From Candidatus Thorarchaeota archaeon (lineage in GTDB: Archaea > Asgardarchaeota > Thorarchaeia > Thorarchaeales > Thorarchaeaceae): a stretch of 11,097 bases of DNA. Location: assembly GCA_016840855.1 (NCBI GenBank), contig JAEORO010000047.1, forward strand, positions 1 to 11,097. The letters are read 5' to 3'. Positions 7,326 to 11,097 of this stretch are shown piece after piece. Under the pieces are notes generated by a model, which saw nothing but the letters and a program-made list of their open reading frames with translations, was not told the origin of the DNA and ran no database searches. The position numbers and the translations under genes were made by a program. Within the stretch, counting starts at the first letter, position 1. Each line of letters opens with the position of its first letter.

Positions 7326-7845
7326 CTCGTCTACAATTAACGCTTCGACCTTTGGACGACTTGTCATTAATAAGATTCCAGAGGTGTCTTCAAAACCTCT
7401 CGAAGGCAACAAAATAGAGCTAATTGTTCCAGCTAGTAAGATTCGAGATGTTGTGACAATCATAGATGATGAGATAGAAGATGCTCTCCCTGAGTCTGTT
7501 TTTGGTGTGGATCTTGAGAACGATCAATACGAACTCATCTACATCTTCTGGTCTCATAACAACCGATTGCTTGTGCAACTGAGAGTATCCCTCCAGGGTG
7601 AGAATCCAGAGATTGAATCTACCTGTGATATATTTCCCGGTCTTGAATGGCATGAACGAGAAGTTAGAGAGATGTTTGGTGTGAACATCAAGAATCATCC
7701 TGACCCCCGTCTCTTTCTGCTTCCCGATGAATTAGAAGGTGCATATCCTCTTCGTAAGAGATTCCAGACCGATCAGAGCAGACTTGACGAGACTGGCATA
7801 TCTACGCCAAAAGCAAGACCAGCTTCTGGAGGTGAAGACAAGTGA
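7318..7845 (+). CDS. nuoC: Complex I-like subunit C
   Basis: WHEREVREMFGV...HPDPRLFLLP...YPLRKRF motif; start placed at ATG 7318 with GGAGGA at 7304-7309 rather than ORF-track 7270. Confidence 0.92.
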   Translation: MSDSSTINASTFGRLVINKIPEVSSKPLEGNKIELIVPASKIRDVVTIIDDEIEDALPESVFGVDLENDQYELIYIFWSHNNRLLVQLRVSLQGENPEIESTCDIFPGLEWHEREVREMFGVNIKNHPDPRLFLLPDELEGAYPLRKRFQTDQSRLDETGISTPKARPASGGEDK

Positions 7846-8978
7846 GTCCCGATATTCTTGACGAATCAATGGAAATCTGGTTCGGTCCCCAACACGTGTC
7901 AGCACATGGATGGGCCACAAAGTTGACACTCGTAGGTGACTATGTAGTAGAATGTGACCCTAACGCTGGCTACTTCCATCGTTCTGCAGAGAAAGTCCTT
8001 GAGTTCAAAAACTTCAGACAAGGTTCTCTAGTGTTAGAAAGAATGTGCATGCTCGAGGCATTCTTAGCTGAATATCCCTATGTTGCCGCAGTTGAGAAGA
8101 TCGCTGAGCTAGAGGTCCCTGAACGCGCGAAAATCATGAGAACCATCATGATGGAGCTATCTCGTCTTCATAGTATCCAATTTTGGTGGGGACAATTTAA
8201 TGCTGAACTTGGATTCTTCACTATGGCATTATGGCCATGGGTCGATCGTGAATATACACTAGACGCTTTCGAAGAGCTAACTGGTTCACGACATACCGTT
8301 TCGTTCGCAACACCTGGTGGTGTTAAGTATGACTTCACTGATAAATTCATGAAGCAGCTAAACCGGGCAATTGAACGGTTTGAAGATCGACTTCCTAAAT
8401 TCAGAGATATGCAAATGGGGAGTCCTACCTTCAGAGCAAGAACTGAGAACATCGGCACATACGATATTAAGCAGGGTCTCAAATGGGGACTGAGTGGTCC
8501 TCCAATCAAAGCTTGCGGCGTCCCTATGGACCTGCGAAAGGATGACCCAGATCCTAACTTAGCTTATGACATGGTTGATTGGGAGGTTCCTATCACTGAA
8601 AATCCTGAGCATCCAGGTCAAAGTGATGCACTTGACAGGATGGAACAACGATTCAAAGAAGCTCAGGTGGCTGCAGATATCATTAAACAATTGATTCCTC
8701 AGATACCTGAGGGTGAGATTATTGACCCGAAAGCGCGAGCAAAAGCAAACAGACTCCCTGAAGGAGAGGCATATGCTCGAGTTGAAGGAACCCGAGGAAT
8801 CACATCATTGTGGCTTAAGACGCAGGACAAAGCACAGACGGCCTATCGAGCAAAGATTCGTGGTCCTTGTATCGCGTCGTATTATGCGTTGAAGGACCTA
8901 GTGCCTGGCTCAAAGTTTGCTGACTTCATTGTGATATTTGGAAGCTTAGATCCATATCCAGGGTGGTGGGATCGCTAA
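7842..8978 (+). CDS. nuoD: Complex I-like subunit D (49 kDa family; lacks [NiFe] ligand set)
   Basis: FGPQHVSAHG, GYFHRSAEK, PERAKIMRTIMMELSRLHS, PGGV, GLSGP, DLRKDDP, YARVEGTRG, YRAKIRGP, C-terminal GSLDPYPGWWDR; GTG start with GGAGGTGA at 7828-7835. Confidence 0.93.
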   Translation: MSPDILDESMEIWFGPQHVSAHGWATKLTLVGDYVVECDPNAGYFHRSAEKVLEFKNFRQGSLVLERMCMLEAFLAEYPYVAAVEKIAELEVPERAKIMRTIMMELSRLHSIQFWWGQFNAELGFFTMALWPWVDREYTLDAFEELTGSRHTVSFATPGGVKYDFTDKFMKQLNRAIERFEDRLPKFRDMQMGSPTFRARTENIGTYDIKQGLKWGLSGPPIKACGVPMDLRKDDPDPNLAYDMVDWEVPITENPEHPGQSDALDRMEQRFKEAQVAADIIKQLIPQIPEGEIIDPKARAKANRLPEGEAYARVEGTRGITSLWLKTQDKAQTAYRAKIRGPCIASYYALKDLVPGSKFADFIVIFGSLDPYPGWWDR

Positions 8979-8989
8979 TGGGAGGTGTC

Positions 8990-10129
8990 ATGTTGCAGTT
9001 TGATTTCTTTGCATGGCTGGCTGGAATTCCTGAATGGCTCTATGGGATTATTCAGTGGATATTTAGCATCATTAGTGGTATTTTCTATTGGATCTTTGAC
9101 CTTTTCAGATGGATCTGGGCTGCTATCTTTATTCCAGATAATTTCATGTTCCTCTTCCGAGCTGTCTTGTTCCCTGGACTGATATTTGTAGTCTTAGCAT
9201 TGATATGGGCAGTTTGGTTCACGAGAAAATTATGGGGCCGCATTCAGGATAGACGAGGTCCTGTACATATGGGTAAATATGGAGGTCTCCAACTCTTTGC
9301 AGATGCCATCAAACTAATTGCAAAAGAAACCATTATCCCAGATAATGCAAAGCGCTGGATGTTCCGATTCTTACCTGGACTACTTCTGGTCGTGGTCCTC
9401 TTACCTTTCTGCTTTATTCCTTGGGATCTCGACTATTGGTATATTGCTGACCTCTCAGTTAGTCTTGTGCTAGTCTTTGCCTTTCTCACTGCAGTACCAG
9501 TTATCGCACTCCTTGCAGGTTGGGTCAGTGGGTCAAAGTATTCACTTATTGGCGGTTTCAGAGCTGCAAACAACCAATTCGCTGCTGAGATTCCAATGAT
9601 AATCTCGACTATCGGACCTGCATTGCTTGCAGGGTCCCTAAGTCTGATGGGAATTGCAAGAGCCCAGGAGTCTATTTGGTTTGCAGCATTACTCCCCATC
9701 AACCTTGCAACATTCTTAGTTGCTGCAATAGCATCCGTTGGCGTGTTCCCATTTGATGCCCCTGTAGCTGACTCTGAGATTATCTTTGGCTGGAGAACAG
9801 AGTTCACTGGAATTTACTTTACACTCACCTACTTCGCAGAGTTTGCAGAGCAGATGTTGTATTCCGCGCTCATTGTTGCATTATTCCTAGGCGGACCAGT
9901 TGGTCTACCCTTCCTTCCTGGCGCTGTTAATTTTGTTATCAAGTTCATTATCACGTTCTTCTTCTTTGTATTAGTCAGTTCCTCATTCCAGCGACTGCGA
10001 CAGGATCAGATAGTTCATTATTGCTGGAAATATCTGCTACCTCTTGCGCTCTTGAATGTCATAATCGCAATGTTTGCGATAGTCTACGTCCCTGGACTTG
10101 CTGCATTGCTACCCTTGGGAGGTGGTTAA
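8990..10129 (+). CDS. nuoH: Complex I-like subunit H with N-terminal aromatic extension
   Basis: RIQDRRGP, GGLQLFADAIKLIAKE, SKYSLIGGFRA, PFD...SE...G...EF, RLRQDQ...CWKYLLP; start ATG 8990 following GGAGGTG at 8981-8987. Confidence 0.93.
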   Translation: MLQFDFFAWLAGIPEWLYGIIQWIFSIISGIFYWIFDLFRWIWAAIFIPDNFMFLFRAVLFPGLIFVVLALIWAVWFTRKLWGRIQDRRGPVHMGKYGGLQLFADAIKLIAKETIIPDNAKRWMFRFLPGLLLVVVLLPFCFIPWDLDYWYIADLSVSLVLVFAFLTAVPVIALLAGWVSGSKYSLIGGFRAANNQFAAEIPMIISTIGPALLAGSLSLMGIARAQESIWFAALLPINLATFLVAAIASVGVFPFDAPVADSEIIFGWRTEFTGIYFTLTYFAEFAEQMLYSALIVALFLGGPVGLPFLPGAVNFVIKFIITFFFFVLVSSSFQRLRQDQIVHYCWKYLLPLALLNVIIAMFAIVYVPGLAALLPLGGG

Positions 10130-10132
10130 ACA

Positions 10133-10564
10133 ATGGGATTCTTCAGTGTACTAGGAGATTGTTTCCAGATTCTGAAACATACATTCAGACAGGTCTTCAA
10201 GAGACCCTTCACATACTTCTTCCCATTCGAGGACAGGATTTACCCTGAAAGAACTCGAGGAAGACACATTCACGTTCGAAAGAATTGCACAGCTTGCGCG
10301 CAATGCGTGCGTGCCTGTCCTGTTGTTGCTATACGAATGGACAAAGATGACAAGATGTACGAAAAAGATGCTGCATTGTATTTCGACTACACTCGATGCA
10401 TCTTCTGCGGTCTCTGTGTTCAAGCCTGTAGATTTGATGCTCTATTCCATACTCCAGTAGTCGATTTGAGTGAGGGCGACCGCGAGGATCTCATCTATGG
10501 GCCTGATAAAATTGAAACCCTTGATAGGGACCCGCTAGAGTGGCGTGGAAGGAGGTTCCGTTAA
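10133..10564 (+). CDS. nuoI: Complex I-like subunit I (2x[4Fe-4S])
   Basis: TYFFP...RTRGRH, CTACAQCVRACP and CIFCGLCVQAC; SD GGAGGTGG at 10118-10125. Confidence 0.93.
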   Translation: MGFFSVLGDCFQILKHTFRQVFKRPFTYFFPFEDRIYPERTRGRHIHVRKNCTACAQCVRACPVVAIRMDKDDKMYEKDAALYFDYTRCIFCGLCVQACRFDALFHTPVVDLSEGDREDLIYGPDKIETLDRDPLEWRGRRFR

Positions 10565-11097
10565 ATGCAGATCACAGACCTCCCCTTTGCAGCTTTGTCT
10601 CTTACAGTGCTCTTCTTCGGAGGACTTCTAATCTATGTGTCCAAGAGCAGGTTGGAAAAAACAGCTGGACGAGTTGCTGTTGGATTCTCAGCAGTTGCTT
10701 CACTCTTGATGGTCTATCCATTCTATCAAGTTGTATCCGGAGCCGTCGCTGAATACACAGAATATGCCACATGGTCAATACTACTTGAGCAGTTTGGACT
10801 CAAACTTGATGGAATTGCTTTTCCAATCACATTTGCAGTTGTCGTGCTTGGCTTTCTATCGGTTGTCTATGCAGTTGGTTATACTGAACATACTGAGAAT
10901 AAGGCCACCTTCTTTGCGAATCAACTCTTCTTCCTCATGGGCATGCAATGGGTTACTCTCGCTACGAACTTGATTGAGTTCTTCATTGCATGGGAGATAA
11001 TGCTGGTCCCAAGCTATTTTCTGATTCTGTTCTGGGGATTGCCTGAAACACGTAAGCGGACTGCTTTGAAGTTCTGGTTATACACTCAATCAGGTGC
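10565..11097 (+). CDS. nuoM: Antiporter-like subunit, most like NuoM (partial, runs off the window; not in the ORF track)
   Basis: Own translation from ATG 10565: MQITDLPFAALSLTVLFFGG...FGLKLDGIAFP...ATNLIEFFIAWEIMLVPSYFLILFWG...RKRTALKFWLYTQSG, open to the window end; conserved TM5 Glu (WE); SD GGAGGT at 10551-10556. Confidence 0.85.
   Translation, partial: MQITDLPFAALSLTVLFFGGLLIYVSKSRLEKTAGRVAVGFSAVASLLMVYPFYQVVSGAVAEYTEYATWSILLEQFGLKLDGIAFPITFAVVVLGFLSVVYAVGYTEHTENKATFFANQLFFLMGMQWVTLATNLIEFFIAWEIMLVPSYFLILFWGLPETRKRTALKFWLYTQSG

Noticed and set aside
7006-7845. Selenocysteine read-through at TGA stops of nuoJ, nuoK and nuoC
   Set aside because: Each TGA falls at the expected protein end, overlaps the next gene's start region and does not align with a catalytic Cys position.
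7842-8978. Group 4 [NiFe]-hydrogenase large subunit call
   Set aside because: Only one of four metal-binding cysteines is present (RMCMLE; DPYPGW).
33-10973. Numerous short antisense or alternate-frame ORFs (e.g. 33-401, 978-1292, 3827-4069, 8168-8509, 9433-9807, 10540-10752, 10731-10973)
   Set aside because: They are shadows of well-supported genes with no recognisable motifs.

Overview
Archaeal-type window (GGAGGTG Shine-Dalgarno sites, TATA-like boxes; the ~90-aa surface repeats suggest an Asgard/Thorarchaeia-like host, which is inference). It holds a respiratory complex I-like operon in the order nuoA-J-K-C-D-H-I-M(partial), with no nuoB in the visible operon. The NuoB domain, with all four N2 cluster cysteines, is instead the C-terminal third of an upstream 646-aa protein whose N-terminal part is an FAD-linked oxidoreductase of the GlcD/D-lactate dehydrogenase (VAO/PCMH) fold. 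This suggests a complex I variant with a flavoprotein wired directly to the N2 subunit. NuoD lacks three of the four [NiFe] cysteines and the quinone-binding Tyr, and several E-channel acidic residues in NuoA/K/H are substituted, so this is neither a hydrogenase nor a canonical quinone-reducing complex I. Divergently transcribed from the fusion is a secreted, membrane-anchored protein with one N-terminal CxxCH motif on six Ig-like repeats. Two small uncharacterised membrane proteins lie between the fusion and the nuo operon.
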